Positions 21,937-34,905 of a DNA stretch of 64,000 nucleotides are shown here, piece by piece (positions within the stretch are counted from its first letter, which is position 1; the number at the start of each line of letters is the position of its first letter). The translations under genes and the position numbers were made by a program. Source of the DNA: Eutreptiella sp. 'Long Island Sound 2002' (Eukaryota; Protista; Euglenida); contig OZ038378.1 of assembly GCA_964036045.1 (NCBI GenBank), positions 59,768,001 through 59,832,000 on the forward strand, read 5' to 3'. The notes under the pieces were generated by a model. The model was given only the letters and a program-made list of their open reading frames with translations, did not search any database and was not told the origin of the DNA.

Positions 21937-22517
21937 TTTGTCGCAAACACAGACATTTCAATTACTTGCCACTAATGCAAGTCAAGCAATTGGTATTTCC
22001 AAATTATAATTGGTTGCAACCCACTTGGCATACTCAAAAAATACGGATCTTCATCTCCTTTGTGCCCATTGTCACTTTGAGTCATGTCACCTCTTGGGCG
22101 AGGGGGGGGGGGTCTAGCAATGGGGCTCCTGTGACAAAACCCTTGGTAGAGTACCAATCACCTCGAAGAGGAGTCGTTAGATCTAGCGCCGGCGTGGGCG
22201 TCGTATACCCCCCCTTTTTTGGGGTCATTCGCGCAGCACACCCCAAGGCATGATATAATGATTTGTAGTCAGAAGGCTCCAAGTAGTGGGGATGCATGTA
22301 CCTGTCGTAACAACTCACGGTCGAATGGTACCACATTCAGCTGCAATTTTTGCGGCCGGCGGTGCTAATCCCTGACAGTCGCGTGCCATCGGCGGCGGCG
22401 CCGGCATGTGCGCCCGATCAGGGTTCGAACCGTCGACCCAAAAGTATGCGGCCGGCAGCACTACCATTCGCTCAGTATTTGCGACCGGTACCCTTTCCCT
22501 CTCCACTGCCCGCAGCC

Positions 22518-25024
22518 AAGTTTGCCACTGACGAAAACCCAAGCTGTGTGTTTTCGTCTGAGCGGACATAAATGCCACCACGGCTGCCGCCCCCCTCCTT
22601 GGAAGTTCCACTTTATTTGCCACCATCTATGACCTTTTTGAACGCCCCAACACGGGAGGGGGGGGGTCCGGGAAAGGGACTGCCACTTTGCAAACCAATT
22701 TTCCCCCACCGTTGTGCTATTGGTTCTATACACGTTGATCGTTGTTGTGCGATGCAAAGAACTAACTAACTAGCACTCAAGTAGCTAATGTGATTGCATT
22801 CGTGTAAGTGAATCCTCGTTTGGACCTGCATCGTCACTCCTCCTTCATGGGCCATATTTGGCGTTAATCAGTTTCATTTGCCTTCGCGAACTCAGTATGT
22901 TGGTTATGTATTCGTGCCGGGCCTGTCCACCAGGGTTCTTTGTGGGGTGAGTGATATACAAAACAAAGCAGTGTGCATTGAAAAGTAATGTGCGTTTCGG
23001 CCCATATATGTTACTTCACTCCACTCTACTCAACTCTAGCCATCTCATACCGGAGGTGGTGCCCATGTCAAATCCAGTTTTGCAGCCAAAAACTCACCGC
23101 TGGTGCCCCTGGGCGGGGGCGCCAAGTCCGGAGGTGCCCTCCGAAAACTCCTCTTTTTGTGCCCCAAATTAGCCTTTTTGGCCCAAAATGGCCCCGAAAG
23201 TCATGTAAAAAGGCAAAAGGGAGGGAAAAGGTTTGTACACTTCACGTGCGCTTTCACTTCGTCATCATAAAGAGCCCTTTGTTGCCCTCCAACTCCAAGG
23301 TATGTTGGAGAAACGCCCCGAAAATGGCTAAACATGGCCCAAATTTGTGTAGTTTGTGTCAAACAGCCCCAAAACCAAGAACGGGCCGTATCTTGGGATA
23401 CGTGGCTCCATTCCGAATTCCCAGGGCACCTAGTCGGCCAGCAACCCCCCACGGTTTCCAAGCCTCAAAATTACCCAACGAGACGCCCAGACCCCCGTAC
23501 CATCGGTCACGAGGTCGAGCCGGAGGGCAGTCCGGCCCGCGCACGGCGGGGGCCAACTGTGTGAGCACCAGGGTCCCCGGGGCAAAAAAACATTTTTTCC
23601 AACGTTGCTCCCAGGCCACTCGAGATGCTCAAACAAATGATTTTAGCCCTTTTTGAGCCTATAGTGACCGCGCTTTGGCCCATTGAAAATGCCAAAATAC
23701 CCTGAAAATGCGCCATTTTGGGACGTCAAATGGTTCCAAAATGGCTCAAAAACGCAAAGTTTGCCACTGACGAAAACACAAATTGTGTGTTTTTGTCCGA
23801 GCGAACATAAATACGACGATGGCTGCCGCCCCCCTCCTTGGAAGTTTAACTTTATATGCCACAATCGAAGACCTTTTTGAACGCCCTGTCACGGGAGGGG
23901 GGGGGTCCGGGAAAGGGGCTTCAACGGCATCCCCCCCCCCCCCCCCCCGCCACTGTGCAAACCAATTGTCCCCCACCCTTATGCTATTGGTTCTATATAT
24001 GCAGATCGTTGTTGTGCGATGCAAAGAACTAACTAACTAGCACTCAAGTAGCTAATGCAATTGCATTCGTGTAAGTGAATCCTGGTGTGGAGCTGCATTG
24101 TCACTCCTCCTTCATGGGCCATATTTGGCGTTAATCGGTTTCATTTGCCTTCGCGAGCTCAGTATATTCGATATGTATTCGTGCCGGGCCTGTGCACAAG
24201 GGTTCTTTGTGGGGTGAGTGATATACAAAACAAAGCAGTGCGCATTGAAAAGTAATGTGTGTTTCGGCCGATGTATGTTACTTCACTCTACTCTACTTCA
24301 CTCTAGCCATCTCATACCGGAGGTCCTGCCCATGTCAAATCCAGTTCTGGAGCCAAAATCTCACCGCTGGTGGCCCGGTGCAGGGGCGCCAAGTCCGGAG
24401 GTGCCCTCCGAAAACTCCTCTTTTTGTGTCCCAAATTAGCCTTTTTGGCCCAAAATGGCCCCGAAATCCATTCAAAATGGCAAAAGGGGGGGAAAAGGTT
24501 TGTACACTCCACGTGCGCTTTGATTTCGTCATCACAAAGAGCCCTTTGTTGCCCTCCAACTCCAAGATATGTCGGAGAAACGCCCCGAAAATGGCTAAAC
24601 ATGGCCCAAATTTGTGTAGTTTGTGTCAAACAGCCCCAAAACCAAGAACGGGCCGTATCTTGGGATACGTGGCTCAAATCCGAATTCCCACGGCACCTAA
24701 TCAGCCAGCAACCTCCCACGGTTTCCAAGCCTCAAAATTACCCAACGAGAGGCCCAGACCCCGGTACCGTCGGGCACGAGGTGGAGCCGGCGGGCAGTCC
24801 GGCCCTGCGCACGGCGGGGGCCAACTGTGTGTGCACCAGGGTCCCCGGGGCAAAAAAACCATTTTTTCCAACGTTGCTCCCAGACCACTCGGGATGCTCA
24901 AACAAATGATTTTAGCCCTTTTTGAGCCTATAGTGACGCGTTTTGGCCCATTGAAAATGCCAAAATACCCTGAAAATGCGCCATTTTGGGACGAAAAATG
25001 GTTCCAAAATGGCTCAAAAACGCA
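22518..25024 (+). repeat. ~1.25-kb direct tandem duplication inside unit 1
   Basis: aagtttgccactgacgaaaac at 22518 and ~23758; ORF-track homologues at 22951 and 24218. Confidence 0.9.
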
Positions 25025-25869
25025 TTTTCCCACAATTGTTCGTAGACCATTCGGGATGCTTGAACAATTGTTTTTCACCCTTTGAGATTGTTGTGCCGGA
25101 TTCCCAAACGCCCTCAAAATGCACCACTTTACGGTGAAATCTCGGTGAAAATGGGTCAAAAGTGATCCTCAAGCATTAGGGGCGCACAAACAACTTGAAA
25201 TGAGCCTATTTTGAGCCCCTTCTCGAGCCATTTTGGCCCCCTTAAGATCCCAAAAAGTCTTTAATGTGCGCCGTTTTGTGACCGAAAATGTAGGCAAAGT
25301 GGGTCAACGATGTGTTCTTCCAAGAACAATCCTAGCGCACCTGGGGTGCTCAAACGGGACAATATCCCACATTGGGGGCCCATTTTGACCCAATTTAGCA
25401 CATTTTGCCATATGCAGGCACCAAGTTGTGCACCTCTTGCCCATTGAAACCGAACTTGCTCATAGATTCCTGTATAGGAAACTTGGATTTGTTTAATCTC
25501 AACGGGTGACAGTAGGATTATTTGGGGCATTGCACATTTGGAATTGTGATTTGGATCAATGCACCCTGTGATAGTGGGATATTTCATGACTATCTATGTA
25601 GGACAAAGGGATTTGGCCAGTCAAACCAGGTGAGAATTTTATTGTTCATGTCTCCTTGTATTGCGAATTGGCATTTCTCTAATCTCACCCGCTTCGAGTG
25701 CCATTTGCTATGGATCCCCGCATAGGGAACTCAAATTTGGCCAGTCTCACGTGGTCACATTAGGATTTTTCGGTGGTCCAAATATAGGCAATTGTGAAGT
25801 TGCTAGTCTCACCCGGAGAGTTATAAGTTTCCATGGCTCTGTACCTAGGGACCTGGTTTTCAGGAAATG

Positions 25870-28334
25870 CTTGGGGGTGCAAAGTTACCGCGGAAATGAT
25901 AACTTGCTCACGGATCCAACATGTTGTTTTGGCGAAATAGTCTTTTCACCAGTGTGCACGGAAAACAACTAGTTCTAAGGTCAGCGGTGCAAAGGCACAC
26001 TAACGGCGAAAGGGCCTGCCGGGCCATTAGAAAATGGGCATCACTGTTTTCTCTCGGATGGTAACCATCAAGGGGGTGTACAATGTACCACAAGCCGGAG
26101 GGATGTACCACAAGCCGGTGGGATGGAAAGATAGAAGTACTCTGAATAGGTACCGGTTTTCAACCCCCCAAGGCGCAAGGTTACCTTCTGTAATGGGCTT
26201 ACAACAGGTGTGCAACGCCGTTTTACAGTACATGCACCCGTGTGCCTATAGGTAACCATATGGAGAATAAACCCACCTTAAACCCCCTTGTGAACACACC
26301 TTTGACAGAGTTAGATAGGGTGGTTGACTCACCCCGCGTTCTACTGCCATCATTAGAACAAAATGGCATGGGTGCCAAGGAACCCATTTTGTTTAGTGTA
26401 TTTCATATTCCACTACGACACATCATAGTCAATGCATGAACTAGGATCGTAAACTATGGGCCTAGCCCCAGTCTACCCCGCACTAATAGGGTGAGTGCCC
26501 CTTTAGTGGGGGACCATATGGTTGTGCCGTAGGAATCCGATGTGTCTGGCATGACGTCTGCTGTTGCGAACAGTGATAGCTCGCATTATGTTCACAATGA
26601 GATGGTAATTGAACAGGCGCCATCGTTTTACTACTCGCTGTAAAAGTCCATGGCTGTGGTCATCAACGCCCATGGTAATTGAATGTATGCATGCACGGTG
26701 TTGTTGCAATTTCTAGTTATGCCTGTTGGTTTTTTATTGCTATTTTACTGCCAACGGTAAAAGGAATTTGGGGCTCTGGTAATTACGGATGGCGTGTGTT
26801 GCAGTGCGCCATGCAATATCCCGGAACCACGCACTTTGTCTTCATAGTAGAGGTACAACCACCTGCACTGAAAAAGGGCACTGGCCTGGGTTGTGCTGTT
26901 AGTAGTAAAAGAACACGGAAGTCCCCGACCACAAAACTTTGCTATGCGCTGATGGTTCACATTTGTGTTTGTGCAAACAGCATTGTCAATTACGTACCAG
27001 CCAAATACATTAGATATGGTTTGTGAAACAAGGTGTATGCACCTTGACATTTCATTTGCTACAATGAGCCTCTCTTGCTGCACTGTGCCCCTACATCCGT
27101 CCGAATGAAACCTAAACCTGCAAGGTCCATCCCAACACGGCCGATGCAAGCTGGATGCGTGATGCAATGCGAAGAAACATCGTTTGTGCGGTGCCCAAAT
27201 TCCCCATAACATAGGCCATTTGCGTCTATTTCTCCGATTTCCTGCACAAGTATTCTCAGTACCATTCATTGCAAAAAAAGATTTTGATGATAGCAGTGCC
27301 CCCGGGGGTGCACATGATCATTGGCAACATGCATAAGCAGCGCTTATCAGAGGCTGCCCCCGATCCAAACGGTCTGTTACCGGATTCTGTGGGGGACCTT
27401 CTTGACAACGGTGTTCTACGGTTGGCAGTACCCCACCCCCGGAGGATACCGGTTGCTGCTTGTGACTACAATGGGGTTGTGCCCTGGGTGTGTGGCGAAC
27501 TGCTATTGTACTCCCGTTCATGATGAGGTTTGTATTCTGATTTACATTCACACCTGTGTTCTACTATTGGCAGTAAAAGAGCTTGTGTGTGTGTCCATAC
27601 CATGTGTGTCACCCTGTGTGCAGTATCCCTGCACACCCACTGTCCACCATGATCCACACGTGTTTGGCTCATTTGTGACACTATGCACATGTTGTGCCGG
27701 TCACTTCTATCATTGGCAGTCGTACTGTTCTTCTTGTTTGCTTCAGCATATGGGGTGCACTAATGAGTATTCAATCGCCCTCACTATAGAGCCATCTTGC
27801 ACACTGTTGCGAATACATTGTATGTTTCTGTGGGTTTCGGCCTTGGTACAGTCAATTTTTCAACCCATTCAGAACCTTCGGCGGTTTGTTTTGAACAGAC
27901 TATACGTCACAGCTTACTCTTGCGTAGGTTCTGCTGCTGACGGTAAACATTGCAGCATGTTAGCACAATAATTTACACCTTGCGGTGTTGTTCTATTTTT
28001 GGTGGGAAACACGTTTTTTACCTGCGTGTCGTCCACTGTTTCCGTACATGTCAACGTGCTGGGTTGTGTGCCTCTGCCTTGGAACAATACCTCTTTATCC
28101 TACCATTTGGTTACACACTCTTGTTTTTCACCGTCTATAGATATGTCTCGCTGCGAGCAGTAAAAATGGTACACGGGGGGGGGGGGGTTTAGAAGGGATG
28201 CTCTGAAGCATAAAATCGAATTTTGGGTCTGGGCACACTCGTGAGATTTTGTTACAAAAAAGGGGGGTGTCCGTGGTTCCCGCAAACCACCTTATAGTAA
28301 GTTACCCGAAAAAGGCTAACTTTGCACCCCCAAG
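25870..28334. mobile_element. 2,465-bp TIR DNA element with perfect 18-bp TIRs and a 5-bp TSD (AAATG); no recognisable transposase
   Basis: Left end cttgggggtgcaaagtta (25870-25887); right end taactttgcacccccaag (28317-28334). aaatg at 25865-25869 and 28335-28339. The empty site cagcaaatgtcgacc is seen in the sister unit at ~31666. Confidence 0.93.
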
Positions 28335-31300
28335 AAATGTCACCCCTTGAAACAGTGCTTTTCATCGCTCCCTACATGGGAAATTGCAATTCCGCCCCTC
28401 TGACACGCTGAGATGGAAAATTTTCGGGGCTCCTTGTATAGGATATGGGGATTTGGCTACTCTTACCGTGTGAGAATGGGACCTTTAATGGCTCCCTACA
28501 CAAGGAAGTGGGACTAGGCCACTGCTACCTAGTGAGACTGGGATGTTGCGGCGCTCGATTTCTTAGCAATGGGGATTTGGAAAGTTTCACCCGGTGATTT
28601 TGGACTTTTCATGGTCCCTAATATAGGTAATAGGGATTTGGCCAGTCACCCGGTGAGGATGGGATTTTTGGGGGTTGCTTATACAGGGAAATCGAATTGG
28701 GCCGGTATCACCCGGTGGCACCGGGATATTTCAAGTCCTGTAAATAAGATGGTGCGACCATGCAACCGTTTGTTTTGACATTTCTATTAGAGTCTCGAAT
28801 ATCATGTAGTATCGTGTGTTATGGTTAGGCATGTTGTGGTGCAATATCGTGTAGTAATGCACAGTTCCGTTGAGGCATGGGAAAGCTTGCATTTGTTGCA
28901 AGCACAAACCCTTCAATTATTTGGCACAAATGCATGTCATCCAATCGGTACTTCCAAATTATGATTTGTTGCAACCCACTTGGCATATTCAAGAAATGTG
29001 GATCTTCGTATCCTTTGTGCCCATTGTCACTTTGAGTCATGTCACCCTTTGTGCGAGGGGAAATTTGGCTTGTGTGTGGGGGGGCGGGGGTCATGGGAGC
29101 CCCCCCAAGGAGGGGGGGGGGTCTAGCTATGGGGCTCCTGTGACAGAACCCTTGGTAAAGTACCAATCACCTCGACGAGAGGTTGTTAGATCAAGAGGCG
29201 GCGTGTTCGTTATATACCTCCTTTTTTGGGTGTCCTTCGCGGAGCACACCCCAAGGCATGATACAATGATTTGTAGTCAGTAGGCTCCAAGCAGTGGGGA
29301 TGCATGTACCTGTCGTAACAACTCACGGTGGAATGGTAGCGCAGTCAGGTGCAGTTTTTTTCGGTTGGCGGTGCGAATCCTTGCCAATCGAGTGCCATCG
29401 GCGGCGCCGCCGGCATGTGCGCCCGATCAGGGTTCGAACCGTCAACCAAAAAGGCCGTGGCCGGCTGCACTACCCTTCGGGCACTACTTGCTACTAGTAC
29501 CCTTTTCCTCCCCACTGCGCAGCCAACTGTTCCACTGATGAAAACCCAAGCTGTGTGTTTCTGTGTGACCGCGCATGAGTACCACCATTGCCCCCACCCC
29601 TCCTTGTAATTTCAACTTTATTTGCCACCATCTATTACCTTGTTCAACACCCCGTCACAGGAGCCAAGGAACAGGCCGGATGTCCGGGAGAGGGGCTCCA
29701 ACAACCCCCCCCCCCCCCCACCCGCGTAAGCCAATTTCCCCCCATCTTTGTGCTATTGCTTATGTACATGCTGATCGTTGGTGGATGATGCAAAGAACTA
29801 ACTAACTAGCACCCAAGTAGCTAATGCAATTGCATCGGTGTAAGTGAATCCCTGTCTGGACCTGCATCACCACTCCTCCTTCATGGGCCACATTGCTCGT
29901 TAATTGTATTTCATTTGCATTCGCAAGCTCAATATATTGCTTATGTATTCGTCCCCGGCCTATGCACTAGGGTTCTTTCTGAGGTGAGTGATATACAAAA
30001 CAAAGTAGTGTACATTCAAAACTAACGTGTGTTTCGGCCCATAAATGTTGCTCTACTCTACTCTACCGTACTCTAGCCATCTCATACACCAGGAGGCATT
30101 CCTGTCGAATCCCATTTTGGGCCCAAAAACTCACGGGTGGTGCCCTGGTGCGGGGGCGCCAAGTCCGGAGGTGCCATCCCAAAATTGCTTTTTTTGTGTG
30201 CTCCAAATTAGCCTTTTTGGCCCAAAGCGGCCTCAAAATCCATTCAAAATGGCAAAAGGAAGGGAAAAGGTGTGTACACTTCACTTGCGCCTTGACTTCC
30301 TCATGACAAGGGGCCCTACGTTGCCCTCCAACTCCGAGATATGTTGGAGAAACGGCACAAAAATGGCTAAATATGGCCCAAATGTGTGGTAATTTGTGTC
30401 AAACAACCCCAAAACGAAGAACGGGCCGTATCTTGGACTACGTGGCTCAATTCTGAATTCCGAGGGCACCTAGTCCACTGCAACGCCGCAAGGTTTTTGG
30501 TTTTCAAGCCTCAAAATTACCCAACGAGACACCCACACCCCCGGTACCATCGGTCACGAGGTGGAGCAGGAGGGCGATCCGGCCTGCGCACGGCGGGGCC
30601 AACGGTGGGTCCACCGTGGTCCCCGATGCAAAAAAAAAAACCCATTTGTTCCAAAGTTGCTCCTACGACACTTGGGATGCTCAAACAAGTGTTTTTCGCC
30701 CACTTTGAACCTGTCTTGACGCGTTTTGGCCCATGGGGAATGCCAAAATACCCTGAAAATGCGCCATTTTGGCACGGACAATGGTTCAAAAATGTCTCAA
30801 AAATGCCTTTTTCCAAAAGTGATTTTGGACCATTCAGGATTGTTGAGCAAGTGTTTTTCGTTGTTTTGCGACTGTTGTGTCGCGTTTGACTCCATGGATA
30901 ATCCCCAAACACCCTGAAGATGCGCCAATTTATGATCATATTTGGGTCAAAAATGGCTCAAAAGTGACCGTGGAGTATCATGGGTGCACAAACGAGTGAA
31001 ATGAGCCTATTTTCAGCCCCGTTTGAGCCATTATCCCCCCCCCCCCCAAAGATCCCAAAAAGTCTTGAATATGCCCCAACTTGTGTGCAAAAATGTATCC
31101 AAAACGGGTCCACGATGTGTTCTTCAAAAAACAAACCTAGACCGTTTGGGGTGCTCAAATGGGACAATGCCGCTCAATTGGGACGCGTTTTGATCCAGTT
31201 TAGTGCATTTCCCCACATCTAGGCACCGAGTTGTACACCTCTCACCCATTGAAACCGGACTTGCGCACGGCTTCCGATATAGGAACGTTGGATTTGTTTC

Positions 31301-32203
31301 ATCTCACCCGGTAAGACTGGGATTTTTTAGGGTTTTCCACATTGGGAACTCCGATTTGGATCAATGCACCTTGTGACAGTGTGATATTTCATCACTATTC
31401 ATGTAGGGAATAGGGATTTCGCTGGTCTAACTAGGTGACCATTTTATTTTTGATGGCTCCTTGTATTGCGAATTGGCATTTGCTAGTTCTCACCCGCTTA
31501 TGATGCCATTTTTCAATGTTCCCCAAATAGGGAACTCGAATTCCGCCATTCTCACGTAGTCAAACTACGATTTTTGGGTGGTCCAAGTATAGGGAATTGT
31601 GAAGTTGCCAGTACCACGCGGAGAGTTGTAATTTTTCTTCGCTCTCTACCTAGTGACTTGGTGTTCAGCAAATGTCGACCGTTGAGATTGTGCTTTTCAT
31701 GGCTCCCTATATGGGAAATTGTAATTCGGCCCCTCTACGGTGAGATTGAGAATTTTCCAGGCTCCTTGTATAGGGAATTGGGATTTGACTACTCTTACCT
31801 GGTGAGAATGGGGTCTTTCATGGCTCCCTACACAAGGAAGTGGGTTTAGGCCACCGGTACCTAATGAGACTGGGATGTTGCGGCGCTGGATATCTAAGCA
31901 ATTGGGATTTGGAAAGTCTCACCCGGTGAGGTTTGGATTTTTCATGGCCCCTGATATAGGGAATAGGGATTCGGCCAGTCTCACCCGGTGAGGATGGGAA
32001 TTTTCGGGGCCGCGTATTCAGGCAACTAGATTGGGCCGGTGTCACCCAGTGACATTGAGATAGTTCAAATCCTCTAAATATGATGGTGTGACCATGCTAC
32101 CGTTTGTTTTGACATTTCTATTAGAGTCTCGAATATCATATAGTATGGTGTGTTACGGTTAGGTATGTTGTGGTGCCATATGATGTAGTAATGCACGGCA
32201 CTA

Positions 32204-33031
32204 ACAGACATAACCCACATGTGTCAAGGGAACGCACGCTGGGGAAAGACGCCCGACCATGGGAACGGGCGTCAGGAAGTTGCCGGGGGGGGGGGGGGGG
32301 CACCGCACAACGCTGGGGGGTTTCACAATGTTGTGCTTACTGCAACGGTACTTGCATGTCCTGAACCCATGCCATTCCAAACCCTACCCCTTGCTTGCTA
32401 TGCTCAGTGCCGAGCCCGTACCCCAAGGCACCCAACACGGCCACAAACCAGAACTAGGCCTGGCAGAAAGGTGATGCCGGGACCCAACGCACAAACACCG
32501 GACACACCTGAAGCAGGGCGTAACGTGGAAGCTGGAGGCTGGAGAGGGTGGGGTGGAGACTGACCTCAAGAGAGGGGGCGAAGAAGGGAGGGGGCGGCAA
32601 AGACGGGCACTGTAGGCGTGAGGACAACACCGCGCAAGAAACCCGGGCGCCCACAGGGGGGCGCCGGCCCAGAACCTGACTTGAGGGTTTAAGGGACCCC
32701 CACCCCCCGGTGGCCGCATCGGCCCCGCCTAAGCAGACTCAAAAAGGCGGGATACGCTTGGGACAGTAGGCCCGCGGCCCATGGTGGCAACGGCCCGGGG
32801 GGGGGGGGGGGGGGGGTGGCGAATGGGCTTGATACAGAGCGCCCCCCACGGGACATACCGCGGTTCGTGCCCAGAGAGGGGCTGCGAGTAGGGCACACCG
32901 TCCATCGCGGACGGCAAGAGTCTCGTCGGCACCGCAAGGGCTCGTCCGGTGACCCACAGTATACTGGACTCCGGTGTGGGGAACGGCTGTCGTGACTGAT
33001 TACGACACGAGTCCATTTGTACCAAGCGGGC
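32204..33031. other. ~830-bp GC-rich insertion at the B/C junction of the composite repeat
   Basis: Unit sequence stops at gtaatgcacggcacta and resumes at gtcccgttgagacatg; in unit 1 to 2 the same junction is contiguous (28855-28880). No TIR or poly-A seen. Confidence 0.75.
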
Positions 33032-34905
33032 CTAGTCCCGTTGAGACATGCATTTGTTGCAAACACAAACCCCTCAATTAGTTGCCACAAATGCATGTCA
33101 TCCAATCGGTACTTCCAAATTATAATTGGTTGCAACCCACTTGGCATATTCAAAAAATACGGATCTTCATATCCTTTGTGCCCATTGCCACTTTGAGTCA
33201 TGTCACCCTTTCGTGCTATTGGTTATGTACACGTTGATCATTATTGGACGACGCAAAGAACTAACTAGCTAGCACTCAAGTAGCCGATGCAATTGCATTC
33301 GTGTAAGTGAATCCCTGAAGGGGACCCTCACCACCACTCCTCCTTCATGTGGCTCATTCGCCGTTGATTGCGTTTCATTTGCATTAGCGAGCTCAGTATA
33401 TTGGTTATGTATTCCTGCCGCGCCTATGCACCACGGTTCTTTGTGAGGTGAGTGATGTACAAAACAAAGTAGTCTGCATTGAAAACTAATGTGTGTTTCG
33501 GCCAGTATTAGGTTACTCTACTCTACTCCACAAAAAAAATCTCATACAGAATGTGGCGCTCCTGTCAAATGCAATTAGGGAGCCAAAAACTCACCGGTGG
33601 TGCCCCGGGGCTGGGGCGCTGAGTCCGTAGGTGCCCACCCAAAATTGCTCTTTTTGTGCCCCAAATTAGCCTTTTTGGCCCAAAACGGCCTCAAAATCCA
33701 TTCAAAATGGCAAAAGGAAGGGAAAAGGTTCGTACACTGCACGTGCGCGTTGACTTCCTCATCACAAAGAGCCCTTTGTTGCCCTCCAACTCCAAGATAC
33801 GTCGGACCCATATGTGTGTAGTTTGTGTCAAACGGCCCCAAAACCAAGAATGGGCTGTACTTTGGGCTCCGTGGCTCATATCTGATTTCCGAGGGCACTT
33901 AGACCACCTGGAAGCCCACACGTTTTGCGGTTTCCAAGCGTCAGAATCACCCAACAAGGCGCTCAGACCCCGTACCATTGGCCGCGAGGTGGAGCCGGAG
34001 GCCAGCCCGGCCAGCACATGGCGGTGGCCAACGGTGGGTCCGCCAGGGTCCCCAGGGCAAAAGAATCATTTTTTCCACAGTTGCTCCTACACCACTTGGG
34101 ATGTTGCAACAAGTGTTTTTTGCCCATTTTGAGTCTGTGGTGACGCGTTTGGGCCCACGGAAAATGCCAAAATGCCTTAAAAATGGGCCATTTTCTGACC
34201 AAACATGGGTCAAAAGTGGCTCAAAAACACATTTTTTCAAAAGTGAACCTAGACCATGGTATGCTGGAACTCGTGTTTTTCGCCGTTTTGAGATTTTTGC
34301 GTCGCGTTTTGCCCCGTGCATAATTCCCAAACGCCCTGAAAATACGCCGCTTTATGACGTAATTTGGGTAAAAATTGGGTCAAAAGATATCGTGGAGCAT
34401 TAGGGGTGCAAAAACATGTGAGAGCAACCTATTTTGAGCACCGTTTCGAGCCATTATGCCCCCACCCCCCCCAACAACCCAAAAAGTCTTGCCTCTGCGC
34501 CATTTTGTTGCCAAAAATGTAGCCAAAATGGGTCAACGATGTGTTCTTCCCAAAACAATCCGAGACCACTTGGGGTGGTTAAACAGGACAATACCCCACA
34601 CTTCGGGCCCGTTTTAACCCAATTTAGCGCATGTCGGCACTCATATGCACCAAGTTGTACACCTCTCACCCATTGAAACCAGACTTGCTCATGGATTGCT
34701 GTATAGTAAAATCATTTTTATCTATTCTCACCCGGTGAGACTAGGCTTTTTCAAGGCTTTCGACATAGGGAAATGTGATTTGCATCAATGCTCCCCGCAA
34801 CAATGGGATATTTCATGGGTATCTGTGTAGGATAAAGGGATTTGGCTAGTCAAACAGGGTGAGAATTTCATTGTTCATGGCTCCTTGTATAGCGAATTGG
34901 CATTT

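Larger units (their letters stand above)
21931..34905 (+). repeat. Head-to-tail array of a ~3.3-kb composite unit (modules C-A-B), three copies with internal rearrangements
   Basis: Module C starts (gcatttgt(c/t)gcaa.cac) at ~21934, 28889 and 33050. Module A follows at 22950/24218, 30000 and 33450; module B at 25260, 31200 and 34440. The B-to-C junction (gtaatgcac...ccgttgag.catg) is seen twice. Confidence 0.88.

Noticed and set aside
24027-24080. Spliced-leader-like sequence (AACTAA... ~40 nt followed by GTAAGT) in module C
   Set aside because: Beyond AACTAA there is no similarity to kinetoplastid, diplonemid or euglenid SL exons that I know, and no Sm site or stem-loops are evident.
26500-27971. 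Transposase ORF inside the 2,465-bp TIR element
   Set aside because: No DDE or other recognisable motif in the listed ORFs or in the stop-interrupted minus frame.
29330-29390. tRNA gene
   Set aside because: Box spacing is too short, with no acceptor or anticodon stems.
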